DNA of 63,934 bases, filler included, from an uncultured Methanosarcinales archaeon (GCA_964630685.1; 4 parts of 4 records of this genome joined end to end with filler, not necessarily neighbours in it); one strand, 5' to 3'; counted from the whole stretch's first letter, positions 7,348 through 19,600 are shown. Notes: generated from the sequence alone by a model not told the origin. Translations and numbers: made by a program.

Positions 7348-8885
7348 TTTGCAAACTTTAGAGGAAATTGCAAATAATCTTGGAAATATGTTTAGGGCGA
7401 GCCATCCAGCTACACCAGTTTCAATAGACATTGATGGAAAAACAGCTGAACAGATTAAATTAGAATTGGAAGCATTGGGTGAAGATTCAGAGCAAAATAT
7501 AGTCTATATAAATGAAAGAATAGCCGAGATAGAAAAACTAACTGAAGATCCTTCTGATTTGAGTTCACCAACAGCTATTCAGAATGCAGCAAGAATTATC
7601 TCTGATGTTAAAAGAACAAAATCAAATATAAATGTTGGTGGAGAAACTGCAAAACAGTTAAATGATGATTATAAACAAAAATTGTTATTTGAATCAGGTT
7701 TTGAAAGCTATGAAGATGTTTCTACACAGATTGATAATCTATCATCTCAAAGAGCTAATCTAAGACAAAAATTTCTTGGAGGTCTTAGGTTTAAAGGTCA
7801 AATCAAAGATTTGGGTTCCAAAATTAATTCACTCTATGATCTTTCTCACACTCAACATGATGGAGTTAGAATTGGAGAACTTGGATACTTAGAAACTAGA
7901 CGTTTTGAGGATGCACAAGGCAAGTTATTTGGTAGATTTGCTAGCCAGTTATTTGATCAATATGATCAATTAGCAAGCCAATTAGTTAGAACCGATGATG
8001 AACAAAAAGCAGTTGCCCCTGCAATCCTTGAATCATTAACTGATGATTATGTCTCTAAATATTTTATGTCAAGAATTGATGCAGAATTAGAAGCAAATCA
8101 AAAACGAGATGATCATTACGGCAGAGAGAAAGTTGCAGTTTTAAGTGATCCAGCTCTTGTAGGTGAAGCATTATCTGTTCTTAGAGAAGGATTGAATCAA
8201 TCTCATGTTTTATGGGCAGGACAATCATATACTGAAGAACAAGAAGAAAGAGCAAGAGAATTGGATTCAAGATTAAGTGCTTTGCCCTATGAATTGAAAA
8301 GTATTGTTGAAAGAGGCATGATTAGAGGTAACAAAACTACAAATGATGAATTTGCAGAATTTGCAGATTATCTGACTCAAGTACCTATTGATATTCAACG
8401 AAGAGAATTATTGACATCACTTTCAACAGCTAAAGAACATGTATTGAGTGCTATATCTGATGATGATTTACCATATTCAATTACTGGTCAAAGATGGGAT
8501 CTTGAAAGATCTGCTAGCAACCTTGAACACTCATTAAAATCAACTGAGAAATCTGATTTTCTTAAAGAATTGGATATGGAAAAATGGGATGCTTTCAGAA
8601 ATAATGCAGGTGTTAGAGAAGTCTATGGTGCTGGAGCATTAGACTCATTTAATGATTTGATTAGGGGAGAAGTTTTTGATAGATTATTAGTAACACCAGA
8701 ACACACAAATGAATCAGTTGGGCTTGGTTACAAAGCTCTTTGGTTTAAAGATGCAGACTCAGTTGCCTATAACCTATTAAATTTCTGGAGAGAACCAGGA
8801 CATTCAGGAGAGCAACCCTTTTTATCAACACACTCAAGTTCAGAAAATACTCTTGGTGCACAATATATTGCATCATTAACAGATG
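7340..8885 (+). CDS. Hypothetical helical/coiled-coil protein, truncated at contig end
   Basis: Long ORF with AAGGAGG RBS; no motif recognised. Confidence 0.75.
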
Positions 8886-8985
8886 NNNNNNNNNNNNNNN
8901 NNNNNNNNNNNNNNNNNNNNNNNNNNNNNTTAATTAATTAANNNNNNNNNNNNNNNNNNNNNNNNNNNNNNNNNNNNNNNNNNNN
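8886..8985. other. Artificial contig linker
   Basis: N-run/TTAATTAATTAA/N-run (stops in all frames). Confidence 0.98.
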
Positions 8986-10153
8986 TGTGGGTAACGATTA
9001 TTACTTTAATGTAACTGGGTTCACTAATTATAGTGTTGGTGATTATATTGCTGAAAGTGTTGAGGTGGTTTCCTCAGCAAATGAAGATGTTATAGAGCCT
9101 GTTAATTATAAAATTGAGATGAATTATCTTGGTTTTGAATATAAGGGTGTTGATATGGGTGAATTGTTTAGGATTGTGATTGAAGAAGCAGGATATAGAT
9201 TACTTGATGGAGGGGTTGGTAATATGATTGGTACTGTTGGGCAATCTCTTGAAGTTGGTGATACTATTGAGTTGAGTTTGATGGCTATGAGATTAATTGA
9301 TTTAAGTGAATGGGTAGTAGAAGATATGGTGTTATATGTTAGAGAAGGTGTTTTGATTTCAGATGCTGTTAATGATATGTTGAGCGCTTTTGAAGAGGGT
9401 GTTGTTGAGATTGAATTAAGAGGTGTTGATGAGAATTCTGTTAATGTAGTGGTTGAAGGCGAAACTGTTGAAATTGGATTAGGAAAAACTGCTGAGTTTG
9501 ATATTAATAATGATTGGGTAACTGATTTAAGTGTTGAGTTTGTGGGTGTTGATGGAGGAGTTGTTGATTTGTTGGTGATACAGAAAGTTCCTGCTATTAG
9601 TTTGATAGATATTGATGGGAGAGTTGTTGAAGAAGAGGTTACTGGGGATGTTGTTGAAGAAGAGGTTACTGGGGATGTTGTTGAAGAAGAGGTTACTGAA
9701 GAGGGAAGTGATTTAACTGGTGGTGCTTATATGTTTATAGGTAGAGCTATTGGAGAAAATGGTATGGCTTTGCTTAGCTATTTTGTTGTTTTGATAATTG
9801 TTGTTGTAGGAATGTTGTTATCTCATGGACTGTCAAGGGTGGTTGTGGCTGTTCCAGAAAGAAAAGAAAAAATTAAAAAATTAAGTCTCTTACTAAAAGA
9901 TGTGCCAGAAGGAAGTGGTTTTGTATTAAAAGGTGGTAGAGTTGTGAAAAATATTGAAGAAATGGTGTTTGAGCTTATGAGTATGGGGGGGGAAGAATTT
10001 GTATGTTATGTTAATTGGAGTAAAAACGATATTGCTGAATGGATAAAATATGTTTTTAGAGAAAATGGACTTGCTGAAACTTTGAAAGGAGAGAAAGATA
10101 AAGAAAAAATTGCTGTTTTACTTTATGAAGCTTTGAGGAATGCTAAGAAATGA
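8986..10153 (+). CDS. 5'-truncated membrane-anchored surface protein with DUF5752-like cytoplasmic tail
   Basis: Begins mid-module (YYFNVTGFTNYSVG); TM helix; FVLKGG.VVKN...VNxxKNDIAEWIKYVF..xxLA tail. Confidence 0.7.
9623..9698 (+). repeat. 27-bp coding tandem repeat x~2.8 (VVEEEVTGD)
   Basis: gttgttgaagaagaggttactggggat repeated. Confidence 0.9.
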
Positions 10154-13100
10154 ATTCAAAAAAAAGAGTTTGGAACAAGAAAGGGTATGGTGAATTAGTG
10201 GGAGTTGGGATTATCATTCTGCTTGCATTAGTTTTCACTGTTTCAAAACCTTTGATAACTGGATTGGTTGCTGGAAATACTAGTTTAGATAACATTAGCC
10301 TGAATTTGAGTGTTGAGAATATGAGTGTTGTTGAAGAAAATGCTTCTGTTGGTGTAATAGTGGTTGAAGAAAACGTCTCTTTATTTGAAGAAGTGATGAC
10401 TAATATTACTGAAAATGAAACTGTGGAAAATATAAGTTTGGAGAATTTGGGTTTAGAGAATGTTACTGGAAATGTGGATGTTAATGTAAGCGAGATTAAT
10501 CTTAGTTTAGATAATTTGAGTATTGAGAATGTTTCTATTAATACGAGTGTGAATATTACTGAAAATATTAGTATTAATGAAACTCTGGAAGTTGTTGAAA
10601 AATTGATTGTGGAAAACATAAGTTTGGGGAATATTACTGCTGAAAATGTTAGTGTGAATTTAAGTGCTAATGTTACTGAAAATATTACTATTAATGTGAC
10701 TACTGAAGAAAAAATAGTGGGGAGAGTGATGATTAATAGACCTGTCAAGTTTATCAAAAAAATTAAACTTACTGCTTCTAAAGAAAATCTGATTGTTGAA
10801 TTGCCTAAGAATGCTAGTAATATTGAAGTTAAGAAAATAACTGGAAGAGTTGAGAAAGATATTTCTAACAAAGTTGTTGTTAAGAAAGGTGAAATAGTGG
10901 AAGAGTTAAGCGAACATAATCTTGCAATACTTACTGGGGGGGTTGTTGGTGGTGTGGGTGATGGATTGTTGTTTAAATTGATTGATTGGCTGAAAGGATT
11001 GTTTAGATTTACAGGTTATGTTGTTGAGGAAATCACAGAAGACTCGATGAACTTGTCTTCAGTACTTTCTTCAACTGAAATAATTGTTGAAGAAAGCGTA
11101 GAAGAGATTGAGGTAGAATATGAACTGCCTGGCCCTACTGCTGTTGAAGAAGAATTGGGGGGCGGGCGAAAAAGAATAGTTGTGAGTTCTGAAATACATT
11201 ATGAAGATATTTTGGCTTATACTTTTATTCCTGATAGTGCTGTTGAGAGTGTTAAATTGTATTGGATTGTTGATGGAGAACGTGAAAGCGTAAACTTTGA
11301 TGGATATGATACTACTGGGACTGGATTGGTTGATTATGTTGAATGGATTGTGCCAAGTTTGAGTAATCAGACTTATGAGATTGAAATTAATGTATTGAAT
11401 CCTATCGAATATCTGCGTGATGGAGATACTTGGACTATGATGTTTAACACTACTGGAACTGCTAATCTGAGTATTAGAAGTACTAATGCTTATTGGGAAG
11501 AGGTTATGGTTGATAATGGTGAAAGTGTTGATGAGATGAGATTTGTGGATTTCAAATGTGGAGAAGATTCTCTACTCGATGTGTTGAAGATTATTAATAA
11601 TGATGGGTATGTTTATGATTATAGCTCAATTAGTGATGATGATTCAATAAAACCTGTTGAGTTTTTAGTGGAAGATTACAGCTGTAGTGAAATTGGAAGG
11701 TTTGTGAATTATATGAATATAGGTGGTTATGCTACACTAATTCTTGAGTTTAGCAATCAAGATATGAGTGTAACTGATTATGCTTATGATCCAAGCTATA
11801 CTTATGACAGTTGTGATAATATCACTGTGAGTGGAACTCATGAGATGAATGCAAGTATAGATTATTATAATGATACTGAGCTTTGTTTTAATATTAATGC
11901 TTCAGATGTTGTGTTTGATTGTGGGGGATATCACATAGACGGAGAATATAATGCAAATTATGTTAATACTTTTACTGCAATAAATATAGATAATGTTACT
12001 AATGTTACTGTGAAAAATTGTGATATTACTGACTTTACTTATGGGATCTATTATGATGGTGGTTCTGATAATGGATATATTTTCAATAATTCAATCCACT
12101 TGGTAGACAGTAATTATACTATTGCAGGAATTGTTTCCGATACTTCTGATAATGTTTTGATTGATTCTAACACTATAAGAAATATTGGAGATGGGGGTGT
12201 TGGAAGTATGGGTATTTCTGTATCTGAATGTACCGGAAATAATGTGACTAACAATATTCTCCATGATATTTCTGGAAGTGGAATATATGTCAGGGGGTCT
12301 GGACATCTTGTGGATAGCAATGAGATTAATGACACTCAAAGTGGAAATAGTTTTGCTGCGATTCAATTAGATAATTGTGATGATAGTTTAATTAATGCTA
12401 ATGAGCTTATTGGAACTAATGGATGTAGTGCTAAATGTAATAATTATGGAATAGAATTAGACACTTCTAGTAATAACAATATAACTGGAAATACTATTAA
12501 TAATCCAACCGATAATTTTGTGTATCTTCATTCTTCCTCCATTGGAAATAGGATTGTTGATCAAGTGTTTAATATAACTCAATTTGGTGCTGGTGTGAAG
12601 TTGACTAGTGCTTGTGAAAATAATACTCTGGACAATCTTACTATACATAATTCATATTTAGATGGAATTGAATTTAGTGATAGCTCTAATAACAATAATA
12701 TTACTGATGTTGAAATGAAGTACAATAATTATTCTGGAATTAGTTTTGATGATTCTCATAACAATAGTGTTTATGCTGTTTTGATTACTGATAGTCAGGA
12801 TTCTGCTGTTTATTTCTTGAATTCGTCTGGAAATGAATTTATGGATTCTACTTTAGATGGCAATTCTTTACACTGGGGGGATGATGCTGATGTTTGGGTT
12901 GAGGGAACTGCTAGTGGTACAAATACTTTTGTGAATATTTCTTTTAATGAAAGTGCTACTTTATTCAGTGATTCTGGAAGTAGTGCCATCTATGTTAATT
13001 GGTATCTTGATGTTTATGTGAATGATAGTAGTGGTGCTATTAATGGAGCTAATGTGAGTGCTTGGGATACTGATGATTTGTTTGTGTTTTCTGTTTTGAG

Positions 13101-13650
13101 TGGTGGAGATGGATGGATAGCGAGACAAAACATTAGTGAGTATTATGAAAATTGTTCTAGCTGTAATTGGGTTGCTGGAACTAAAAATTATCTGACTAAT
13201 TATACTTTGAATAATACTAAGAGTGGATATGGTGGGGATTCTCGTGGGGTAAATCTTACTGATAATGGTGTGGTGTATGTTACTTTGAGTGTACTTATCC
13301 CCTCTAATAAGAAGTTTGCTATTACTACCAGTTATGATGATATTGTTGGGAGTATTGATGATACTGGAAACATGTTTATTAGGGGTACTTTGTCAGAAGA
13401 ATCTTCAATTAGTTTGAGTCCTGAAGCTAATTCTTTTATCTTGCAGGACAATACTGGGAGAGATATTGCTTATGTTTCAAACACAGGTAATTTGTTTTTG
13501 GTTGGGGAATTGACTGAGAATGCTGTGATGAGGGTTCCTGTTACTGCTTTGAAGTTTGTGAATGCTTCTGATTCTTTAGTTGCTTTCTTTGATAATAGTG
13601 GAAATCTTAAATTGAAGGGTTCTTTGGCTCAGAGTTATAGTGATCCTTAA
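10150..13650 (+). CDS. Large surface glycoprotein with parallel beta-helix (PbH1/NosD-like) repeats
   Basis: N-terminal TM; dense N-x-S/T sequons; INASDVVFDCGG..I, NVTVKNCDI and GIxLxxSxNNxIxxN repeats. Confidence 0.85.
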   Translation: MNSKKRVWNKKGYGELVGVGIIILLALVFTVSKPLITGLVAGNTSLDNISLNLSVENMSVVEENASVGVIVVEENVSLFEEVMTNITENETVENISLENLGLENVTGNVDVNVSEINLSLDNLSIENVSINTSVNITENISINETLEVVEKLIVENISLGNITAENVSVNLSANVTENITINVTTEEKIVGRVMINRPVKFIKKIKLTASKENLIVELPKNASNIEVKKITGRVEKDISNKVVVKKGEIVEELSEHNLAILTGGVVGGVGDGLLFKLIDWLKGLFRFTGYVVEEITEDSMNLSSVLSSTEIIVEESVEEIEVEYELPGPTAVEEELGGGRKRIVVSSEIHYEDILAYTFIPDSAVESVKLYWIVDGERESVNFDGYDTTGTGLVDYVEWIVPSLSNQTYEIEINVLNPIEYLRDGDTWTMMFNTTGTANLSIRSTNAYWEEVMVDNGESVDEMRFVDFKCGEDSLLDVLKIINNDGYVYDYSSISDDDSIKPVEFLVEDYSCSEIGRFVNYMNIGGYATLILEFSNQDMSVTDYAYDPSYTYDSCDNITVSGTHEMNASIDYYNDTELCFNINASDVVFDCGGYHIDGEYNANYVNTFTAINIDNVTNVTVKNCDITDFTYGIYYDGGSDNGYIFNNSIHLVDSNYTIAGIVSDTSDNVLIDSNTIRNIGDGGVGSMGISVSECTGNNVTNNILHDISGSGIYVRGSGHLVDSNEINDTQSGNSFAAIQLDNCDDSLINANELIGTNGCSAKCNNYGIELDTSSNNNITGNTINNPTDNFVYLHSSSIGNRIVDQVFNITQFGAGVKLTSACENNTLDNLTIHNSYLDGIEFSDSSNNNNITDVEMKYNNYSGISFDDSHNNSVYAVLITDSQDSAVYFLNSSGNEFMDSTLDGNSLHWGDDADVWVEGTASGTNTFVNISFNESATLFSDSGSSAIYVNWYLDVYVNDSSGAINGANVSAWDTDDLFVFSVLSGGDGWIARQNISEYYENCSSCNWVAGTKNYLTNYTLNNTKSGYGGDSRGVNLTDNGVVYVTLSVLIPSNKKFAITTSYDDIVGSIDDTGNMFIRGTLSEESSISLSPEANSFILQDNTGRDIAYVSNTGNLFLVGELTENAVMRVPVTALKFVNASDSLVAFFDNSGNLKLKGSLAQSYSDP

Positions 13651-13728
13651 TAGAAAGATTTATATATTACTAATAGTAAAATGCTATTTATTGAATTATA
13701 AAACTTTAATTAGTAGTAAATTACTATA

Positions 13729-13902
13729 ATGCCAAAACATACTATAGAACTGAGCAAAGAAGAGATTAGGGTAATTAATGTAATTAAAGCAGTCAAAGAT
13801 ATCAAGAGTATAGACAAAGCGATTTCTTTTATTCTTTCTGATTATGCTGAAAATAAAGATTATATAAAATTTATACAGGAAAAAGGGGAAATGAATAAAT
13901 GA
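13729..13902 (+). CDS. Small DUF2683-like/antitoxin-like DNA-binding protein, 57 aa
   Basis: Manual translation MPKHTIELSKEEIRVINVIKAVKDIKSIDKAISFILSDY...; ATGA overlap with next gene. Confidence 0.65.
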   Translation: MPKHTIELSKEEIRVINVIKAVKDIKSIDKAISFILSDYAENKDYIKFIQEKGEMNK

Positions 13903-14513
13903 ATAAATTAAAAAAAGGTAATGTGTCAGAATTGGCTAATATAAGTCAAAATTGGCTAAATATACTTATTCCTTTTAGTTATAATTATAATGAAAAATTT
14001 AGTGGAAGTGAGTTATCAAGAATTCTTAGTACTCCCCAAAGAAGTGTTGCTAGATATCTTTCACAATTAGTTGAAAATAACCTTCTTAAATTTGAGATTA
14101 GGGGTAAAAATAAATTTTATTATCTTGATTTAGAAAATAAAAAAATTAAAATCTTAATGAATCTTCTTGAGAATCAAAAATCTTTGAAATTTCAATTAAA
14201 AAATAGCAAGATTGCTGTGATTATCAATGAATTTTTAGATAATGGTGAAGGAGTTATCTTATTTGGTTCTTATGCTTGTGGTAAAGAAGATGTTAAATCT
14301 GATTTAGATCTGGTTGTTTTTAATTCAAAAAATACTGATAAAATCAAGAGTCATTATTCTATTGAAATTAATGTACATGAAATTAAATATTCTGAATTCA
14401 AAAAAATACTTGATGAGAAAAATCCCCTTGCTTTAGAGATATTAAATAACCATATTCTTTTTGGCGATGTATCTAAAATGGTTGATATCTTTTGGAGGTT
14501 TTATAATGGATAA
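13899..14513 (+). CDS. HTH + minimal nucleotidyltransferase (MNT) antitoxin
   Basis: Winged HTH N-terminus; VILFGSYACG...SDLDLVV nucleotidyltransferase motif. Confidence 0.9.
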   Translation: MNKLKKGNVSELANISQNWLNILIPFSYNYNEKFSGSELSRILSTPQRSVARYLSQLVENNLLKFEIRGKNKFYYLDLENKKIKILMNLLENQKSLKFQLKNSKIAVIINEFLDNGEGVILFGSYACGKEDVKSDLDLVVFNSKNTDKIKSHYSIEINVHEIKYSEFKKILDEKNPLALEILNNHILFGDVSKMVDIFWRFYNG

Positions 14514-14940
14514 ACTAAATTGGTGTTTAAAACAAAAAAGGGGGGTAGAATTGATTTCTTTAAAACCTCATTTAAAAAATTCTTATATTAAAGATGCTGA
14601 AAATAGTATGGAAATTTGTTCAACAATTAAAGGAAAATGGAAGTTGATTACTGGATATTATGCTTGTTATAATGCTCTTTATGCTATTTTGATGATGTGC
14701 GGAATTAAAAGTGAGATTCATGATTGTTCAATTGAGTTGATGAGTTTATTTGATTTTTCTGAAAAAGATGTTAGTTTTTTGAGAGGTTTGAAAAAAGATA
14801 GAATTCAAACACAATATTATCTGAAAGAAGTATTGTTTGAAAATGAAGATGGTGTAAAAGATTTTGTTGTTAAATGTAAAGAAATTTTAGATGGGTTATC
14901 TTCATCTAAAATAGAAAAAATAAGAGAAAAAATTAAATGA
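14506..14940 (+). CDS. HEPN domain protein (cognate of MNT)
   Basis: WxxITGYYACYNALYAILxxxGIKSEIHDC, RIQTQYY; start ATG 14506 after GGAGG. Confidence 0.85.
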   Translation: MDKLNWCLKQKRGVELISLKPHLKNSYIKDAENSMEICSTIKGKWKLITGYYACYNALYAILMMCGIKSEIHDCSIELMSLFDFSEKDVSFLRGLKKDRIQTQYYLKEVLFENEDGVKDFVVKCKEILDGLSSSKIEKIREKIK

Positions 14941-16319
14941 ATAAATCAAAGATACTTGGGATGTGTATGTTGTTTGTGTTATTCTCTATTAGTGTCTATG
15001 CTATTCCTCAGAGTATCACTGTAAATGGTCTTTTGACTGACAGCAATAATGATAGCTTAACTGGCACTTATGAAATTAATTTTACTATTTATGATAATGC
15101 TACTGGTGGAAATGTTGAATACAATACTATTAAGAATGTAACTACTGATGCTAATGGTGTGTATAATGTTGTGTTGAGTGGGTTAGATATTGATTTTTCT
15201 GAAGCTTATTACTTAGGAGTTCAAATTGAGAGTGATGCTGAGATGACTCCTAGGTTGAATTTAACTAGTTCACCTTATGCGTTTTCTACTTCTGGATTGG
15301 ATGCTGAAATTAACCTAAGCCATGATGTAAATATTGATGGGGGAACTTTATTTATAGATGCTGATGGAGATCGGATTGGTATTGGGCTAACTACTCCTGA
15401 AGCAAAATTGCATGTTAATGGTACAATTCGTGTAGATAGTGGGTTGGGGTATATTAGCACTTTATATTCTAATGGGCTTGAATTTAATAGAACATCTTTG
15501 AATTATATAGATCTGTTAACTGGTGGTGGCTTAGCATTTAGAATAAATTATTCTACTAAAATGATATTGACAACTGATGGAAAGGTTGGTATTGGGGCTA
15601 CAAATCCATTGGCATTATTGTCTGTTGGTGGGGATGGAGAAGCAGCATCATTTAGTGTATCAGGACAATCAGGATTAAGAAATATAGCGACATTTAGAGA
15701 TGTAAATGGAGAAAATGTGTTTCAAGCTTCAGGTTCTGTTTCTGAAGCGGATTTAGAAGTTAGTTTTGGAGACATGGATGAAGCAGGAAACGGAAATTAT
15801 TTTAAAACAACAGATTCAAAAACATATTTTATAGGTGGCAATGTCGGAATTGGAACAACAACACCTTCTTCTACACTACATATTAATGGAACTGTTAATG
15901 ATCTTAGTGGTGGTTTAGCATTTGGTGATGGTGATTCTGGTATTTTTGAAAAGAGTGATGATACCATTTATGTTTGGACTAGTGGTTCTAGAGATTTAGA
16001 GATTAGTACTATTAGTTTTAAAGTAAATACTCCTAATTTCATGTCTACCAATTCTAATAGGTGGAAGATTAATGGAGGGAGTAATCCTTCTGACACAACA
16101 GCTACTTTTTTAGTTAATCAAAGTGATACCAATACTGGAATTGGTGGTGATGGCAGTGATCAACTTTCTTTGATTGCTGGTGGTAAGGGTTTGACTGTTG
16201 CTAATGTGTCTTCTGGTATGGAAGCAAGTACTACAGAGGGTAATGTCACTATAACTAGTAGTGGAGGTTCTGTGATTATTAAGAGTAGTGGAGGTTCTGT
16301 GATTATTAAGTTAGGTTAA
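14937..16319 (+). CDS. Secreted protein with tail-fibre-like GNVGIGTTTP repeats
   Basis: Signal peptide; GxLTD...EMTPRLxLTSSPYA head module; repeated (G)xVGIGxTxP..LHxNG; terminal SSGGSVIIK duplication. Confidence 0.75.
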   Translation: MNKSKILGMCMLFVLFSISVYAIPQSITVNGLLTDSNNDSLTGTYEINFTIYDNATGGNVEYNTIKNVTTDANGVYNVVLSGLDIDFSEAYYLGVQIESDAEMTPRLNLTSSPYAFSTSGLDAEINLSHDVNIDGGTLFIDADGDRIGIGLTTPEAKLHVNGTIRVDSGLGYISTLYSNGLEFNRTSLNYIDLLTGGGLAFRINYSTKMILTTDGKVGIGATNPLALLSVGGDGEAASFSVSGQSGLRNIATFRDVNGENVFQASGSVSEADLEVSFGDMDEAGNGNYFKTTDSKTYFIGGNVGIGTTTPSSTLHINGTVNDLSGGLAFGDGDSGIFEKSDDTIYVWTSGSRDLEISTISFKVNTPNFMSTNSNRWKINGGSNPSDTTATFLVNQSDTNTGIGGDGSDQLSLIAGGKGLTVANVSSGMEASTTEGNVTITSSGGSVIIKSSGGSVIIKLG

Positions 16320-16321
16320 TA

Positions 16322-16355
16322 TTCCAAATATGGAAAATAGTTTCCAAATATGGAA
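16322..16355. promoter_or_regulatory. Two identical palindromic operators TTCCAAATATGGAA
   Basis: Copies at 16322-16335 and 16342-16355 (20-bp period) just upstream of a TTTAAA box and an HTH gene. Confidence 0.65.
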
Positions 16356-16389
16356 ATATTTAAAAAGAGAAAGTGCCTAAACTGTTTCT

Positions 16390-16635
16390 ATGAGCTTATT
16401 TGTTGAGCTAATTGATAAAAAGATAGTAGATATTCTAGAGGTATTTACAAACAGCAAAGAAGAATTACTTCATCTGAGTATGGTTGCTGAAAGAGCTAAA
16501 GTGCCACTTACTTCTACTCATAGAATAGTTAATTCTCTTGTTGATAAAACGCTGATTGAACAGGTAATTGTTGGCAAGATGAAATTATACAAGTTATCCA
16601 AAACTAAAGAGGTTGAGAGATTATTTAAGAAATGA
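16390..16635 (+). CDS. Small winged-HTH transcriptional regulator
   Basis: HLSMVAERAKVPLTSTHRIVNSLV...GKMKLYKL. Confidence 0.8.
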   Translation: MSLFVELIDKKIVDILEVFTNSKEELLHLSMVAERAKVPLTSTHRIVNSLVDKTLIEQVIVGKMKLYKLSKTKEVERLFKK

Positions 16636-19600
16636 TAAAACTAAATAAAAAAAGGAATGTGAAGTTTTTCTTAATAATCTTAGCGCTTTTGATATTAATA
16701 GGTCCGCTGAATGTTTATTCTATGGAAAGCGGGAACTACAGCAGTCCAAGTGCTGGAGTTTCCAGTGGAGTCAAGTCTGGTTCTAGTAATTATGGATCTA
16801 ATTTTGGTATTGTAAACTTGGCAGGGATGGCTGTTTCTGCAAGTTATAAGATATTTGAAGGATTATGGAACACATTTGTTTCTCAAGGGGTGAGTTGTAA
16901 TTCTGAGATAGATGAATCTACAACTCTTAGTTATGATATAACTGGTTGTACTAATGATTATATCATAAATATAACTGCTGATGATGTGGTGTTTGATTGT
17001 GACGGACACACAATACAAGGAAAGGGTAGTAATGGAGTTTATGTGACTGCTGATAATGTTACTGTTAAGAATTGTAATATTAGTTTAAATGGAACTGAAA
17101 GTGATAAAGCTGTTTATTATTTTAATTCTGATAATGGAATCATAGAAAATAATACTGTTTATGTTGAGAGATATATTGGAATTTACATTGAGTCTTCTGA
17201 TGGTAATACTATATTTAACAATAATGCAACTGCAAATAGTGGGAAAGGGGGAATTAAGATATATTCTGGTGATGATAATTTAATTTATGATAATATTTTT
17301 ATTAGTCTGTTATATGGAATATCTTTGAGATGGACTTCTGAGGGGAATATGTTTTTGAATAATAATATAACTGCTACTAGTTCAACTTTATTTTATGACT
17401 ATACTAGTGCGGGTTATACAAACACCTTAATTTACAATAACAGTTTTGGTGAAGTAATGTGGGAAAGTGAAGATCTATCAATCTCAGAAGCAGGAACATT
17501 AAACTTAGGAACAAACTTAGATATAACAAACAATAATATTTTCGTAAATTCAACTAAATTCTCTGGACTTAATCAAAGCGCAAATTTGACATTTAACAAT
17601 GTGATTATTGCTGGAAGTGCATATCCATTCAAAGAGGGAATATTTTGTTCAGATGGAGAATGTAATAATTTAGAACAAGTTGGAAATAATTATACATATG
17701 ATGTTAATGGATTTAGCAATTATAGTGTGGGAGATGCATGTAATCAAAACATATCTTCTTCAACAAGTTTAGATTACAACATAACTGGATGTACAAATGA
17801 TTATATCATAAATATAACTGCTGATGATGTGGTGTTTGATTGTGACGGACACACAATACAAGGAAAGGGTAGTAATGGAGTTTATGTGACTGCTGATAAT
17901 GTTACTGTTAAGAATTGTAATATTAGTTTAAATGGAACTGAAAGTGATAAAGCTGTTTATTATTTTAATTCTGATAATGGAATCATAGAAAATAATACTG
18001 TTTATGTTGAGAGATATATTGGAATTTACATTGAGTCTTCTGATGGTAATACTATATTTAACAATAATGCAACTGCAAATAGTGGGAAAGGGGGAATTAA
18101 GATATATTCTGGTGATGATAATTTAATTTATGATAATATTTTTATTAGTCTGTTATATGGAATATCTTTGAGATGGACTTCTGAGGGGAATATGTTTTTG
18201 AATAATAATATAACTACAGAAACTTCAAATTTAATTTATGATCCAACTGGAGGAAGTTACACAAACACTTTAATTTATAATAATTCATATGGAGAAGTTA
18301 AGTGGGCTGACAAAGGAGATTTAGGGGTTACAGAAGCTGGAACACTTTACTTTGGAAGCGGGATAGACATTTCTGAAAATTATATTTTTGTGAACTCAAG
18401 TATGTTTAATGGATTGAATCAGTCAGCTAATTTGAGTTTCTATAATATTACTGTGGGTGGAACTGCAAGAGCATTTAGAAATGGTGTTGCTTGTGCTGAT
18501 AGTGTCTGTGGAGGATTTAGTAATGTGGGTAACGATTATTACTTTAATGTAACTGGGTTCACTAATTATAGTGTTGGTAATAACACTTTATCTGAAGCTC
18601 AAAATGTTTCTGTTGTTTCTTCTGATGCTTTGAATAGAACTAACGGCACCCTTACTGGAAGTTTTGATTACTATGATGGTAATGGAGATGTTCAGAGTGC
18701 TAATGAGACTAGGTGGTATAATAATTCAGTAGAAGTTAGCGCATTAGCTAACTTAACTTTGGTTAATAGTGGGAATGTCTCAAAAGGAGAGAACTGGACT
18801 TTTAGTGCTAGAGTTCATGATGGGTTTGAATGGAGTGATTGGGTTGGATCTAATGCTTTGACTATTTTGAATTCTGAACCTGTTTTAGAATCAATTAGTT
18901 TGAGTGAAAATATTACAACTTTAACAGATATAAACTGTACTATAAATATAATTGATGAGGATGCTGAAGACACTTTGTATGCTAATTACACTTGGTATAA
19001 AGATGGTGTTGCTAATCTAACTGGACAATCTCAAGTAGTAAATGGACAATTTAGTGTTATTACACTCGGATATGGAGCCACAACCAATGGGGATAATTGG
19101 AGTTGTGGAGTTACACCTTATGATTCTGAAGACTATGGAGATGAAAAAAGTGGGGAAGAAATTATTGATTCTTGTGGAATGATTGTGAATGGAAATGCTG
19201 AATTAAAACCTTATGAGAATATAAGTTGTAATGGAACTGCAATTATTATTGGATCTAATGATGTAGTGTTTGATTGTAGGGGTGCTGATATCACTTATGG
19301 TATGACTGACGAAGGGTATGGGATTTATAATTATGGTAATCCTAATGTAAGTATCAAGAATTGTAATATCACTGAAGGAGATTATTCTGCTTCAGGTGAA
19401 CATGCAATATATTTCGATGGAAAAGATTCTGAATTATTTGGAAGAGATATTTATAATAATACTTTAACAACCAATAGTGGAAATAGTTATGGAGTATTTT
19501 TATCTAATTATTATGGGGGTATGAATATTTCTGAAAATATTATTATTACTAATGGGTTAGGCGGTAAGGGGATAGTGTTGTCTGATTCTTTCTTAACTAA

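Noticed and set aside
8886..8985. TTAATTAATTAA palindromes within N runs (also 37535-37634, 61853-61952)
   Set aside because: Artificial contig linkers; ORF tails ending 'LIN' and adjacency across them are not biological.
10143..10871. 242-aa minus-strand ORF and the many other short antisense ORFs (e.g. 41735-42127, 46980-47423)
   Set aside because: Shadows of well-supported genes on the opposite strand.
16953..18215. DGR template/variable repeat pair
   Set aside because: Copies appear identical with no adenine-specific mismatches, and no reverse transcriptase is present.
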